From Methanobacteriota archaeon (GTDB lineage: Archaea; Thermoplasmatota; SW-10-69-26; JACQPN01): a stretch of DNA of 64,000 nucleotides. The notes beneath the pieces were generated by a model. That model was not told the DNA's origin and did no database searches. It saw only the letters and a list, made by a program, of their open reading frames with translations. The stretch covers positions 31,759 through 95,758 of the forward strand of contig JACQPN010000012.1 of the NCBI GenBank assembly GCA_016207515.1, in the 5' to 3' direction. Below, in pieces: positions 44,015 through 53,770 of this stretch (position 1 is its first letter; the number at the start of each line of letters is the position of its first letter). The translations under genes and the position numbers were made by a program.

Positions 44015-45426
44015 TGGGCCGGCTCTTCGGGACCAATGGGGTGCGAGGCCTCGCGAATGTCGAGATCACGCCCGAATTGGCGCTTGCCGTCGGCCGGTCC
44101 TTCGGCACGTATGTGATGGCCCAATGGCCTCCGAGGCCCGCGAAAGGCGGCGAAAATGGGCCCGTGACGGCGGCGCCGCGCGTTCTCGTGGGCTGCGACA
44201 CGAGGACCACGAACGAGATGCTCAAGGCGGCGGCCATATCCGGCTTACTCTCTACTGGCTGCGCGGTCGAGGATTGCGGCGTCGTGCCCACCCCAGCGCT
44301 CCAGTATGCGGTGAAGTCCTTTGGCTTCGCCGGGGGGCTCATCATCACCGCGAGCCACAACCCGCCCGAGTTCAACGGCATCAAGATCATGGATTCGGAC
44401 GGCTCGGAGATGCCGCGCGACAAGGAGGCGCTCGTCGAGGACGCGTATTTCTCGAAGAAATTCAACGAGGCGCATTGGAAGAGCATTCGCACGGACATGG
44501 CATTACCGGGCGTGAACGCGCACTACGTGAACGGCGTCATCGGCCAAGTGGATGCGAAGGCGATACGCGAGCGCGCATTCACCGTCGTCTTGGACACGAG
44601 TAACGGAGCCGGTTCCTTGACCGCCCCCTTGGTACTCACGGGACTTGGTTGCCGGGTCGTGACATTGAACGCGCAACCTGACGGCACTTTCCCCGGCCAC
44701 CCGAGCGAGCCCACGCCCGAGAACGTGGCCGACCTCATCTCCACCGTCAAGGCCGTTGGGGCCGACCTCGGCGTCGTCCAGGACGGGGACGCGGATCGCG
44801 CCATATTCGTCGACGAGAAGGGCGCTTACGTCATGGGAGACCGGACGCTCGCGCTCATGGCCGGTTACGTCGTGAAGGCGAAGAAGGGTGGCGTCGTCGT
44901 GACGCCTGTCTCCTCCTCATCCGGCGTCGAGGACGTGGTGAAGGCCAACAAGGGCCGCATCGAGTACACGGCCGTCGGAAGCCCCGTCGTCGCCAAACGC
45001 ATGAAAGAGGTGAAAGCGGTCTTCGGCGGAGAGGAGAATGGCGGCCTCATCTTCCCGGAGCACCAGCACTGCCGCGACGGCTCGATGAGCATGGCGAAGA
45101 TGCTGGAACTACTCGCGAAGGAAAAGAAGCCGCTTTCGCAACTCATCGCGGCCACACCCCGATATTCGCTTTACAAGACCAAGCTCCAATGCCCCGACGC
45201 CAAGAAAGAGAAGGCGATCAAGGCCTACCTCGCGGCGAACAAGGGAACGAAGGTGGACGCGACCGACGGCGCGAAGGTCTACTTCGACGAAGGATGGGTC
45301 CTGGTGAGGCCGAGCGGGACCGAGCCGCTCTTCAGGGTGTTCGCGGAGGCGAAGACGGATGAGGCGGCGAAGAGGTTGGGGGAGACGGAGAGGGAGAGGA
45401 TCGAAGCCATCATTGGAGAAGCCTAG
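44011..45426 (+). CDS. phosphohexomutase (phosphoglucosamine mutase / phosphomannomutase family), 471 aa
   Basis: Active-site loop TASHNPPEFNGIK. Metal loop VVQDGDADR. GEENGG sugar-binding loop. RPSGTEP phosphate-binding loop. Confidence 0.9.
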   Translation: MMGRLFGTNGVRGLANVEITPELALAVGRSFGTYVMAQWPPRPAKGGENGPVTAAPRVLVGCDTRTTNEMLKAAAISGLLSTGCAVEDCGVVPTPALQYAVKSFGFAGGLIITASHNPPEFNGIKIMDSDGSEMPRDKEALVEDAYFSKKFNEAHWKSIRTDMALPGVNAHYVNGVIGQVDAKAIRERAFTVVLDTSNGAGSLTAPLVLTGLGCRVVTLNAQPDGTFPGHPSEPTPENVADLISTVKAVGADLGVVQDGDADRAIFVDEKGAYVMGDRTLALMAGYVVKAKKGGVVVTPVSSSSGVEDVVKANKGRIEYTAVGSPVVAKRMKEVKAVFGGEENGGLIFPEHQHCRDGSMSMAKMLELLAKEKKPLSQLIAATPRYSLYKTKLQCPDAKKEKAIKAYLAANKGTKVDATDGAKVYFDEGWVLVRPSGTEPLFRVFAEAKTDEAAKRLGETERERIEAIIGEA

Positions 45427-45432
45427 AGGCGG

Positions 45433-45449
45433 CTGGAGAACCTCTCCAG
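45433..45449. terminator. 7-bp hairpin between convergent genes
   Basis: Stem ctggaga, loop acc, stem tctccag. It lies between the stop of the mutase gene (45426) and the stop of the minus-strand beta-helix gene (45485). Confidence 0.3.
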
Positions 45450-45484
45450 GTCACTTGCGTGTCCATGCCATGGACGTCGCCCGA

Positions 45485-46468
45485 CTACGGTCCGGCATCA
45501 CCGTTCGCGGTCGTCAGCCACGGGTCGAACAAGGGCGGTTGTCCGCCTGGGTTGTCTAAGAGTGCGTCCCCCGTTCCGCTTCCCGCTCCGCTCGGGCCTG
45601 AGGCGTCGCCCCACCAGTTGCCCCGGAGATCGATTTCCAAAGTCGAACATGCGCAGGCACCGTAGTTCAAGTTGTCGAAGATGTTGTTCCCACTGTAATC
45701 CACGCCTTGGCGGCCAGCAAAGAGGCCGCCGCCGGAGTTGTTAGAAATGACGTTATCCGTGACGCTACCGGCAGAGCCCGTGAAGTAGATGCCGACGCCC
45801 GTGTTGTTCGTGACGAGGTTGTGGCTGATGGTGACGTTGGGGTAGGAGCCGCCGATTGAGAAGCCGGCGGCGGTTGTCCCGCTCACCGTGTTTCCACTCA
45901 AGAGGACGTTCGCCCCAATAACACTGATCCCCACCTGTCCGCCAGCGATGCCATTGCCGATGATGTCAACGTTTGAGCTGCCCATGAAAACGGCAATCCC
46001 AGTATCGTCGGTCGAGATGGAGTTGGTTTCAACCACAATGCCGGTGCTTCCAGAAACCAGCACACTGCCGGTCAAGGAATTGTCCATGACTCGTAGGTTC
46101 TGCGCGTTTTCAATTCTTAGAGCGTTGGCGAATCCAATGGGTATCGTGTTGTTTCTTACGAGGACGTGGCTAGTCGTACCGCGGATCACGATTGCGTCGG
46201 AGCTGATGAGCGCGTCATAGACAGGATTCGGCTCGATAAACCATCCCTCGATGACGTACGGGTTCGATGCGGTTCCACAACCTGAGACCACGCCGCTGGC
46301 AAGATTCGGAACGCAACCGACCCCGAGCATGGCATTGTTCGTGATGAAAATAGGTGGCCGCGACTGTTGGCCGGGCCCGAGCGGGTTTTCCGCGCTGACC
46401 CCCACGGGAATCAAGACGACGCAGATTATTGCCAAAACCACGACTTGACCTGACATACCCTTGAGCAT
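45485..46468 (-). CDS. secreted NosD-like right-handed parallel beta-helix protein (copy 2), 327 aa
   Basis: Signal peptide MLKGMSGQVVVLAIICVVLIPVGVSA. Same landmarks as copy 1 (GCGTASNPYVIEGW, ISHNLVTNNTGVGIY, SGNNIFDNLNYG, NWWGDASGPSG...GDAL...DPWL). Confidence 0.8.
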   Translation of the reverse strand: MLKGMSGQVVVLAIICVVLIPVGVSAENPLGPGQQSRPPIFITNNAMLGVGCVPNLASGVVSGCGTASNPYVIEGWFIEPNPVYDALISSDAIVIRGTTSHVLVRNNTIPIGFANALRIENAQNLRVMDNSLTGSVLVSGSTGIVVETNSISTDDTGIAVFMGSSNVDIIGNGIAGGQVGISVIGANVLLSGNTVSGTTAAGFSIGGSYPNVTISHNLVTNNTGVGIYFTGSAGSVTDNVISNNSGGGLFAGRQGVDYSGNNIFDNLNYGACACSTLEIDLRGNWWGDASGPSGAGSGTGDALLDNPGGQPPLFDPWLTTANGDAGP

Positions 46469-46566
46469 CAGAGTAGGTGCGGCTGTTTAAGTGTTTTTTC
46501 GATACATTCTATTCCTTTCAGCATCCAGTATATGAACTCGCAGGGGTTTGCGTTTCCGGGGAGAGG

Positions 46567-49500
46567 TTGAGGCGCGATAGACTCCGCGCCGTGTTCTTGC
46601 TGGTCGTGCTGCTCATGTCGAGCTGGCCCGCGCCTGTGGACCGTTGGCAGCCTGTAGGTAGCGCGGTCGCCTCGCACTCGAATTTTGATTTCGGCAACGT
46701 CACGATCGAGCCGTCGAGTCCCAACTCTTCACAGGACGTCGTCGTGAAGATCACTTGCAATCCATGCACGAAGGTTCTCCTGCTCGCCGAACGCGGCGCA
46801 GATACGCTCGCGGAGGTCGAGATGTCTCCGATCACTCCGATCGTGAATGGGCTCACCCACGAGTTCATCAAGATCAACGCGTCGGACCTAAGATTCGGCG
46901 ATGTGATTCGATTGACGCTTACGGGCGAGTTTGGTCTCGAGGACCACGTACTCTATCACAATTTCACCATCGCCAACAGCCACCCGGTCGCTTCGAGCCA
47001 GTTTTGGACGAAGAACAATCTCAAACCAGGCGACCAGGCGTTTTGGACGGGCGGCCCTGGGATCGTGACGTACCGGCTGCGGAACACTGATCTCTTGAAC
47101 ATGAGCGGCGACGTTTCCGTGTTCAACTTTTACGACAAGGAGGCGGATCCGCTTATCGGCTTTCCGAATGTCACGACGAGCGAAACGGACTATCAGAGTC
47201 TAACCTTCAATTGGACTACGACGAACACCACGCTCAACGACATCGCCAGCTCGATCAACAACACCCGTTCCTTCCGCGGCATCGGCAATTACAGCGTCAG
47301 GGTGAACGTTTCGGATGGTCTCAATTTCACGTTGGGGGATTCGCGGGTCCAGGTCGTGAATTACGTTCCCTGGCTCCCCTTCGCCGAGGCACGTCGGATG
47401 CCGGCATCGAACTCGCCGACTTCTACGGATCCGAATGCCACGGTCGCCAACACGACCGTGGTCCGGGTCACGGTGAAGTGGCGTGACGATGACTCGAGCA
47501 CGAGCGCGGATCGGGTCTACCTGGACTTCTACAACATGACCGCGGACACGACAATCGCGAACCCGAACGCGTCACGCGAAGTAAGCCAAGGACCCATCGG
47601 AGCGACCACATCCACTTTCGAACTTGACGCGTCCAGTTTCGTAAGCAAACTCATGAAGATCTGCATCCGAGACGTCGTCAACGATCTCAACGTAGGCGGA
47701 GCGCCGCTTCCCGGCGCCGGGACCGTTCTCGACGGTTACGGAAACATCTGTCTGAACGTGGACGTCATCGAGAACTTCGCCCCACTGGACCTGCGCGGCG
47801 TTCGCATAATGCACGTGATCCACGGGACTGCCCCGTCCTCGACGATGGGGAACGTCACCCACCTTTGGCGAAACGTGTCCGCCGCGGCCGACACGCCCGA
47901 AGGGACCAACCAGACGATTCTCGAGTTGCGCAAGATCCTCCAGGAAGCGATGGAACTCCGGCCGCGCATCGTCGCAATCGAGGGCAGCGGGTTCCCGCTC
48001 ACGCCCGAGATTGAAGCGGACCTGGCGCTCCTACGCGACTATGGCACCCTCGTAATCGCTCCCGTTGACTCAATAGGCTTTGGCGCGTCCCAATACTTCA
48101 CCGCCGGCGGCATCGGATCAAGCAGATACGTCATTGGCGTGGCCGCGGCCAACCAATCGGGAAACGGCGCGGCCACGGGTGTCCCCGCAGGGCCTACGTA
48201 CTCATTGGCCCCTAAGCCGGATTTCCTGGTCGCGCTTCCCAGCGCAGCGGGATCGGACGTTCAAGCCGTCAAGAATGTGACGGACCTCGCAGCCCTGCTG
48301 ATGCTCAAAGGCATCACCGACCCCTTCATCGTAGAAGAATACCTCCGCGCCCTCGCGGTTCCCGCTTGGAACGGCGTGGACACCGTTGAAAACGCGTGGC
48401 GCCAAGGGCATGGCGTGCTTAACACGACGCAGATCCTCGGGTGGACGCCGAACGCGACGTTCAGCCCCGAAAACGCTAGCGCCATACCAGGGCACCCCGC
48501 GTGGGCAAGCACGTCGCGATTGAACCACATCCTGGACCTTGCCCCCGTCGCGCTGACGTCCATGATCGACTTCGGCGTCACCAACAACGCGACCAGCGTA
48601 ACCAGCAGCTTCAAGGTCGCAAATCCGTCCATGGCGTTGCCAAGTCTCCTCGACCAACTCATGGGCTCCCCCCGCACACTCCTCGAAGATGGTGAATTCT
48701 CCACCTCAATCCCGGGCTCGGCAAAGACCGTCAGGATCAACACGACCTTCTATTATTACCCCGAATCCTTCGTGAATAATGCGAGCGAGGCGATCCGCCG
48801 ACTGGGCCACGAGACCGCTTTGAACGTTCTCCAGAACTCGTGGGACTCCACGGCCGCAACACCCGGAAGTCTCCCAGCTAGTACCAGCGTCGCGGCAGAC
48901 GTTGACGATTCCCTGGGAAGCGTCACTCGCCCTACGAAGGCGTACTACTTCGTGCCCGAGGAGACGGTGAACGTGAGTGGAAGCTTTGCCGTCGCCCCGA
49001 CATTTCCCCACCTCGATCCCTTGCTGGAACTTGCGGAGATCGCGGCGAATCGGAGCCAGGAGATATTCTACCATCCCCCCGTGGGTATGACGACGCCGCA
49101 ATTGAACGAGATTGCGGCGCATCGGGCGGCGATCCTCGCTGCCCGAGCGAATATGACCACGACGACCAAGCCCGGGGGCGTGGCGGAGAGTCTCACGTGG
49201 GTCCGATCCCACGTCCAAGGTGTGCTAAAGATGGTGCCCGTGGACCCGATTCTGAAGCCACTGAACGAGACGACAACGAAGTACCAGGATCAACTCGATG
49301 CGATCCTTGACGCGTCGATCGGGAGCGTCATACCGACGACCGGGATGGCAAACATCGTTCTAGAGACCGATGCGTCACGCACTTGGGATTCGCCACTTGG
49401 TTACTACTTCGGCGTTGTACGCGTGATCACGGACGATGTTTGCGATTACAGCACCGGCACGGGGGTCGACACCTCATGCCGTCGGGTGGTCAACACTGTC

Positions 49501-52173
49501 CCGACTGGCCTCTACCTGACGCGGGACGTGAACATCACGACGCGGTATCGAGACGGCGTTGCCATCCCGGATGCACTCGTCGAACACTTCATGCTGGAGA
49601 CCTCGAAAGAGGATCATCACAATTGCGACGGCGTTGTGATGTCGCCCAGAGCGAGCCTGGACGCGGAATTGGCCGGTAACAACCTGCGTCTCCAGACCGT
49701 GTGGCGAAACAACACGGGACCGGATGGGAACACGACCATGCACGCCGTTTTCCCCGGCCTTTGGTGCAGTCACTTCTACTACGAATTCCCCCTGGACTTC
49801 ATGAGCAACGGAACGGACGCGTTGAGTGGCGCCGCGTTCAACGTCACCGAAGTCGCGAACATGAGTGAGGCGAGTCCACAAGATTGGGGCGTGATAGGTC
49901 TTCCGAGTGCGGGGAATTATTCCAATTGGCTGAACCTCTGGGGCCTTAGGGGGCGCATCATGGGTCTTGGCTCATTGGAAGCGGATGCGCCTGGGATCCC
50001 TCCCGTGCCGCCGGTCCGATTTTTCGAAGATGGCGAAGTCACCGATGCTGCGGAGCACTTGAACGAGTACACCGTGGTGCTTTCGAACGAGGAATTGGAT
50101 TGGACTCGCGATGGGTTATGCAATCTCACGACGGCGTACAATGAATTGTTCGACGCGGACTTCGATCAAACGGTCTTGGATGATCATTTGGGCGAGTGCG
50201 ACGCGCCAGTCGGTTCTTTCCAGTGGCGGACGCGTTTCACGTTGCACGAAGGCTTCGTCACGACGTCTCGCGTGCGGGATAATGTCGCGGGGACCGAGTG
50301 GTCGCACACGTCGATTCCCGAGGTTCCCGCCGCGCCGTTGCCGGTGCTTGAGCCCAATTGGAGCTTTGTCGGGTCTAATGAATCCTTCACGGCAACGAAC
50401 GGGCCTTTGACTAATCTCACGGCGTACGGTGCCGCGTGGTACGATTTCGAGCTTCCAGAGAACGAGAACGTCCAGATCTCCACGAGCTTCCAATTCAGGT
50501 ACGAGGGCGTGAAAGGATTCTACATTATCGCGCTTGGGGAGGATGGACGCGCTTTGTTGAACGATACGATGGCGTTGCTCGTCGGGTCTTTGCCCGCCTC
50601 GATCGGGGAGCCTTTGAATTATTTCCACAATCCATTGGTTCGAGTTATGCCGTTCAGCAGCGCGCCGAGTCTTCACCTCGTGTCCGGCAACACGAATTAC
50701 TTTGAGACGAACGTGAGCCTTGAGAACAATTCCACGCGAGGGAACATGACGACTTATTCGGAGTGGGCGACGCGGGCTTGGTTGCCGACGAATGGGACCG
50801 TCATGTTCATGTATTGGCGCGAGAGCCTCCTCTCACCGGCGCTCGTGCGGGTGAAAGATTACAACATGCGCATAATCACGTACCTCGGCAAGGAACCGGG
50901 TATTTCCGCGACGTATGACAAGTCGTTGGGGAACCGGATCGAGAATTGGAACGTGAACCCGAAGGCCGAGGGGTGGGACGTGTTCGTCCCGACTAGTAAG
51001 AGGGTCACGGGGATCAACGTCAGTTGGAGCGACCCCTCGCCGGGCTTCACGCTCCTCAATTCCACCATGTTCGTTGATAGTGCGGATATTCCTTCGCCAT
51101 CAGTGAACGTGACGCATTTGGGATTCGATGATCACCTCGTGATGCTTCCGAGTACTGTGAAAAACATTTCCCGGTTAATGGGCCCGGATGGACCGTTGAG
51201 GGTGGATAATGGGACTTGGTTGTACCTCGGCAGGGCGGGAAATCCCGGTGCGCCTGATTATTTGGAGCAGCGGTGGCGATTGTTGGCCGCGGATGGAGCG
51301 GGTGCGGTCGACCCGGTTGTTGCGTCGCTTGACGACCCGTTGGGATCGGGTTTGGCTCGCTCAATCTGTTTCGAGTGTCAGGATGACGTGTTGGATGCGT
51401 ATTTGCCGTCTTGGCGGGTTTACTCGCCGATTCCCTATACTCTGAGTTTTGGCGATATAGTTCACGATGGTATTTGGTTGAACACGAGTTTCAATAAGGC
51501 CCACAATTCCACGTTGACGTGGGACGAGTATTTTGGGTCGCCAGCGTGGACGACGACCTTGGCTGTTCCTTTGGCGCCGGTGGATCACTTCGTGAATCAC
51601 GGGATCAGTGGGAACTATAGTGTGGAGGCGCGGGGGATCGTTATCGCGTCGTGTCTGCCGTATTGGGATTTCTTGGATCCTGGGCACCATGTCGGCGATG
51701 GTCAGTGGAGTACGGGTTGTTCTGGTGCGACTCATGGGTGGGCGCGTGTGGGGGTGAATTTCACGTTGGCGTTTCTTGGGGGGTCGGTGGTGCAACGGTT
51801 TGATTTCGGGTCTTTCAGTCTCGAGTTGAAGGATTGGGGGTGGAGTTCTCAGGAGGATGACGTCCCGGATCGCGTGCGGGTCTGTCGGGACTCGATGTGC
51901 GAGGAGGAGGAAGTGGATCGGTGTCCGGGTACGAATGAGGCGTATGCGGGTAGCCTCGGGTGCATGTTGGACATGGCGCCGCCTGATGGGTTTGTGAAGG
52001 TCGAGTATTACACGATCAATCATCCGAAAGGGGATTTGACATTGCCGCATCGGATCTTCAGGTGGGACCCATTGTGGGTGCATGGGATGTTCACACCGCA
52101 TTACGTGGAGATCTTCCACAGCACGTATCATTGCGACATACCAGCCCCACCCGGCGGATGCCCACAAGAGTAA
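46567..52173 (+). CDS. giant sequon-rich surface glycoprotein candidate with degenerate subtilase core (copy 2), about 1868 aa
   Basis: ORF track gives 46477..52173 (GTG), but that start leaves only 8 nt to the divergent gene. The in-frame TTG at 46567, preceded by GGGGAGAGG, gives a signal peptide (M)RRDRLRAVFLLVVLLMSSWPAPV and a ~98-nt intergenic region like copy 1. My by-eye count is about 57 N-X-S/T sequons. The start remains uncertain. Confidence 0.8.
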   Translation: MRRDRLRAVFLLVVLLMSSWPAPVDRWQPVGSAVASHSNFDFGNVTIEPSSPNSSQDVVVKITCNPCTKVLLLAERGADTLAEVEMSPITPIVNGLTHEFIKINASDLRFGDVIRLTLTGEFGLEDHVLYHNFTIANSHPVASSQFWTKNNLKPGDQAFWTGGPGIVTYRLRNTDLLNMSGDVSVFNFYDKEADPLIGFPNVTTSETDYQSLTFNWTTTNTTLNDIASSINNTRSFRGIGNYSVRVNVSDGLNFTLGDSRVQVVNYVPWLPFAEARRMPASNSPTSTDPNATVANTTVVRVTVKWRDDDSSTSADRVYLDFYNMTADTTIANPNASREVSQGPIGATTSTFELDASSFVSKLMKICIRDVVNDLNVGGAPLPGAGTVLDGYGNICLNVDVIENFAPLDLRGVRIMHVIHGTAPSSTMGNVTHLWRNVSAAADTPEGTNQTILELRKILQEAMELRPRIVAIEGSGFPLTPEIEADLALLRDYGTLVIAPVDSIGFGASQYFTAGGIGSSRYVIGVAAANQSGNGAATGVPAGPTYSLAPKPDFLVALPSAAGSDVQAVKNVTDLAALLMLKGITDPFIVEEYLRALAVPAWNGVDTVENAWRQGHGVLNTTQILGWTPNATFSPENASAIPGHPAWASTSRLNHILDLAPVALTSMIDFGVTNNATSVTSSFKVANPSMALPSLLDQLMGSPRTLLEDGEFSTSIPGSAKTVRINTTFYYYPESFVNNASEAIRRLGHETALNVLQNSWDSTAATPGSLPASTSVAADVDDSLGSVTRPTKAYYFVPEETVNVSGSFAVAPTFPHLDPLLELAEIAANRSQEIFYHPPVGMTTPQLNEIAAHRAAILAARANMTTTTKPGGVAESLTWVRSHVQGVLKMVPVDPILKPLNETTTKYQDQLDAILDASIGSVIPTTGMANIVLETDASRTWDSPLGYYFGVVRVITDDVCDYSTGTGVDTSCRRVVNTVPTGLYLTRDVNITTRYRDGVAIPDALVEHFMLETSKEDHHNCDGVVMSPRASLDAELAGNNLRLQTVWRNNTGPDGNTTMHAVFPGLWCSHFYYEFPLDFMSNGTDALSGAAFNVTEVANMSEASPQDWGVIGLPSAGNYSNWLNLWGLRGRIMGLGSLEADAPGIPPVPPVRFFEDGEVTDAAEHLNEYTVVLSNEELDWTRDGLCNLTTAYNELFDADFDQTVLDDHLGECDAPVGSFQWRTRFTLHEGFVTTSRVRDNVAGTEWSHTSIPEVPAAPLPVLEPNWSFVGSNESFTATNGPLTNLTAYGAAWYDFELPENENVQISTSFQFRYEGVKGFYIIALGEDGRALLNDTMALLVGSLPASIGEPLNYFHNPLVRVMPFSSAPSLHLVSGNTNYFETNVSLENNSTRGNMTTYSEWATRAWLPTNGTVMFMYWRESLLSPALVRVKDYNMRIITYLGKEPGISATYDKSLGNRIENWNVNPKAEGWDVFVPTSKRVTGINVSWSDPSPGFTLLNSTMFVDSADIPSPSVNVTHLGFDDHLVMLPSTVKNISRLMGPDGPLRVDNGTWLYLGRAGNPGAPDYLEQRWRLLAADGAGAVDPVVASLDDPLGSGLARSICFECQDDVLDAYLPSWRVYSPIPYTLSFGDIVHDGIWLNTSFNKAHNSTLTWDEYFGSPAWTTTLAVPLAPVDHFVNHGISGNYSVEARGIVIASCLPYWDFLDPGHHVGDGQWSTGCSGATHGWARVGVNFTLAFLGGSVVQRFDFGSFSLELKDWGWSSQEDDVPDRVRVCRDSMCEEEEVDRCPGTNEAYAGSLGCMLDMAPPDGFVKVEYYTINHPKGDLTLPHRIFRWDPLWVHGMFTPHYVEIFHSTYHCDIPAPPGGCPQE
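47782..48440 (+). other. degenerate subtilase-like core (domain of the copy 2 glycoprotein)
   Basis: LRGVRIMHVIHGTAP ... GSGFP ... GTLVIAPVDSIG ... YVIGVAAANQS ... PKPDFLVALP ... KNVTDLAALLML (Thr codon 48280-48282) ... GHGVLN. No Asp, His or Ser at the canonical motif positions. Confidence 0.5.
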
Positions 52174-52227
52174 GCGTCAAGAGGATTGGGCGAGCGCCAT
52201 CAACGCGAGACTTGGAACATTGGTCGT

Positions 52228-53640
52228 TCAGCCCACCCTCCACTTCACTCCATCCGCCGTGTCCTCGACGATTATTCCGGCCTCTTGGAGCGTTTTCCTG
52301 ATCTTGTCGCTTGTCGCGTAGTCCTTTCGGGCCCTCGCCTCGGCGCGAAGTTGTATCACGAGTTCCATGACCTTCGCGAGCGATTCTCCGCCTCCGGCCT
52401 TTTTTTCAGGAACGATCCCGAAAACATCCGCCAGGCCTTTGAAGAGCGTTGTGGCCTCGTCGAGTGTTTCCCTGTGCGGGTCCGCCGCCGCGTAGCCGTT
52501 CATGTCGTTCACCATCTGGAAGATGGCGGCAAGGGCCTCCGGGGTCGCGAAGTCGTTGTCCATCGCGTTCTGGAACGCGAGCGTCTGCGCGGCGAGGCCC
52601 TCGTGGAACTTCTTGTCCACGGCCGTCATTTCGCCTGCCCGCGCTTTTCCTTTCGCGTGCTCCACGTTTCCAAGCATGTTCACGATGCGTTCCACGTTCT
52701 TCTCGGCCTGCGTGATGGATTCGGGCGAGTAATCGATGGGGCTCCTGTAGTGCGTGGAGACCATGAAGAGGCGCACGGCATGTGGATCGTGGTCTTTGAG
52801 GAGATCGCGGATAGTCACGAAGTTGCCGAGGCTCTTCGACATCTTCTCGCCGGAGACCGTGAGGAAACCCGTGTGCATCCAGTACTTCACGAACGGTTTT
52901 CCGGTCGCTGCCTCCGATTGGGCTATCTCGTTCTCGTGGTGCGGGAACTTGAGATCCATCCCGCCGCCGTGGATGTCGAAGGTGTCGCCGAGGATCGCCC
53001 CGGACATGGCGCTGCACTCTATGTGCCAGCCAGGGCGTCCCTCCCCCCAAGGTGATCCCCACGCGACTTCGCCCGCCTTGGTCCGTTTCCAAAGCGCGAA
53101 ATCAAGCGGGTCCTCCTTGCCTTCGGCCGCTTCCTTGCGCACCTCATTCAGCATCTCTTCGGGGTCGATCTTCGAGAGTTTGCCGTAGTCGGCGAGTTTA
53201 CGCACGCGGAAATATACGCTTCCTGCCGCTTGGTACGCGTATCCCCGTTCGATGAGCCGTTGGATCATGGAAAGGATGAGGTGCATCGAGGAGGTGACCT
53301 TGGGGTAGTGGTCCGCCCGGGAGACGGAGAGGAGGTCGAGGTCGCGTTCGGCCTCGCGCGTGAAGCGGGCCGCGAGCGCCACGGGGTCCTCGCCCGTCTC
53401 GGCTGCGCGTTTGATTATCTTGTCGTCTACATCGGTCACGTTCTGGACGTGGGTCACGCGAAGCCCGCGGTGGAGCATGTAGCGTTTCGCGACGTCGAAG
53501 GCCACGTAGGTGCGGGCGTGGCCGATGTGCGCGTAATCGTAGACGGTCAAGCCGCATACGTAGAGGCGGACGTGGCCCTTCTCAAGCGTCTCCAAGGGTT
53601 CCTTTCGGCCGGTGAGACTGTTGAAGACTTGGAGCCCCAT
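52228..53640 (-). CDS. cysS: cysteine--tRNA ligase, 470 aa
   Basis: Class I signatures HIGHARTY and KMSKSLGN. Full-length collinear CysRS-like sequence. Confidence 0.95.
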   Translation of the reverse strand: MGLQVFNSLTGRKEPLETLEKGHVRLYVCGLTVYDYAHIGHARTYVAFDVAKRYMLHRGLRVTHVQNVTDVDDKIIKRAAETGEDPVALAARFTREAERDLDLLSVSRADHYPKVTSSMHLILSMIQRLIERGYAYQAAGSVYFRVRKLADYGKLSKIDPEEMLNEVRKEAAEGKEDPLDFALWKRTKAGEVAWGSPWGEGRPGWHIECSAMSGAILGDTFDIHGGGMDLKFPHHENEIAQSEAATGKPFVKYWMHTGFLTVSGEKMSKSLGNFVTIRDLLKDHDPHAVRLFMVSTHYRSPIDYSPESITQAEKNVERIVNMLGNVEHAKGKARAGEMTAVDKKFHEGLAAQTLAFQNAMDNDFATPEALAAIFQMVNDMNGYAAADPHRETLDEATTLFKGLADVFGIVPEKKAGGGESLAKVMELVIQLRAEARARKDYATSDKIRKTLQEAGIIVEDTADGVKWRVG

Positions 53641-53770
53641 GGTCGGCGTGAAGACGCCGTGAGCGTTTAAATGCGTTACGAGAAACCGACCCTAGACGTG
53701 ACGCCCTAAAAGGCCGGCGCCCGTCGCTTTGGTCCGGGTCTTCGTACCAATGCATCCCGGCGGGGGATAA

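Noticed and set aside
52186-53055. 289-aa plus-strand ORF, and other alternate-frame ORFs, overlapping cysS
   Set aside because: cysS on the minus strand has unambiguous HIGH and KMSKS signatures across the whole region. The plus-strand product is Arg/His-rich and featureless.
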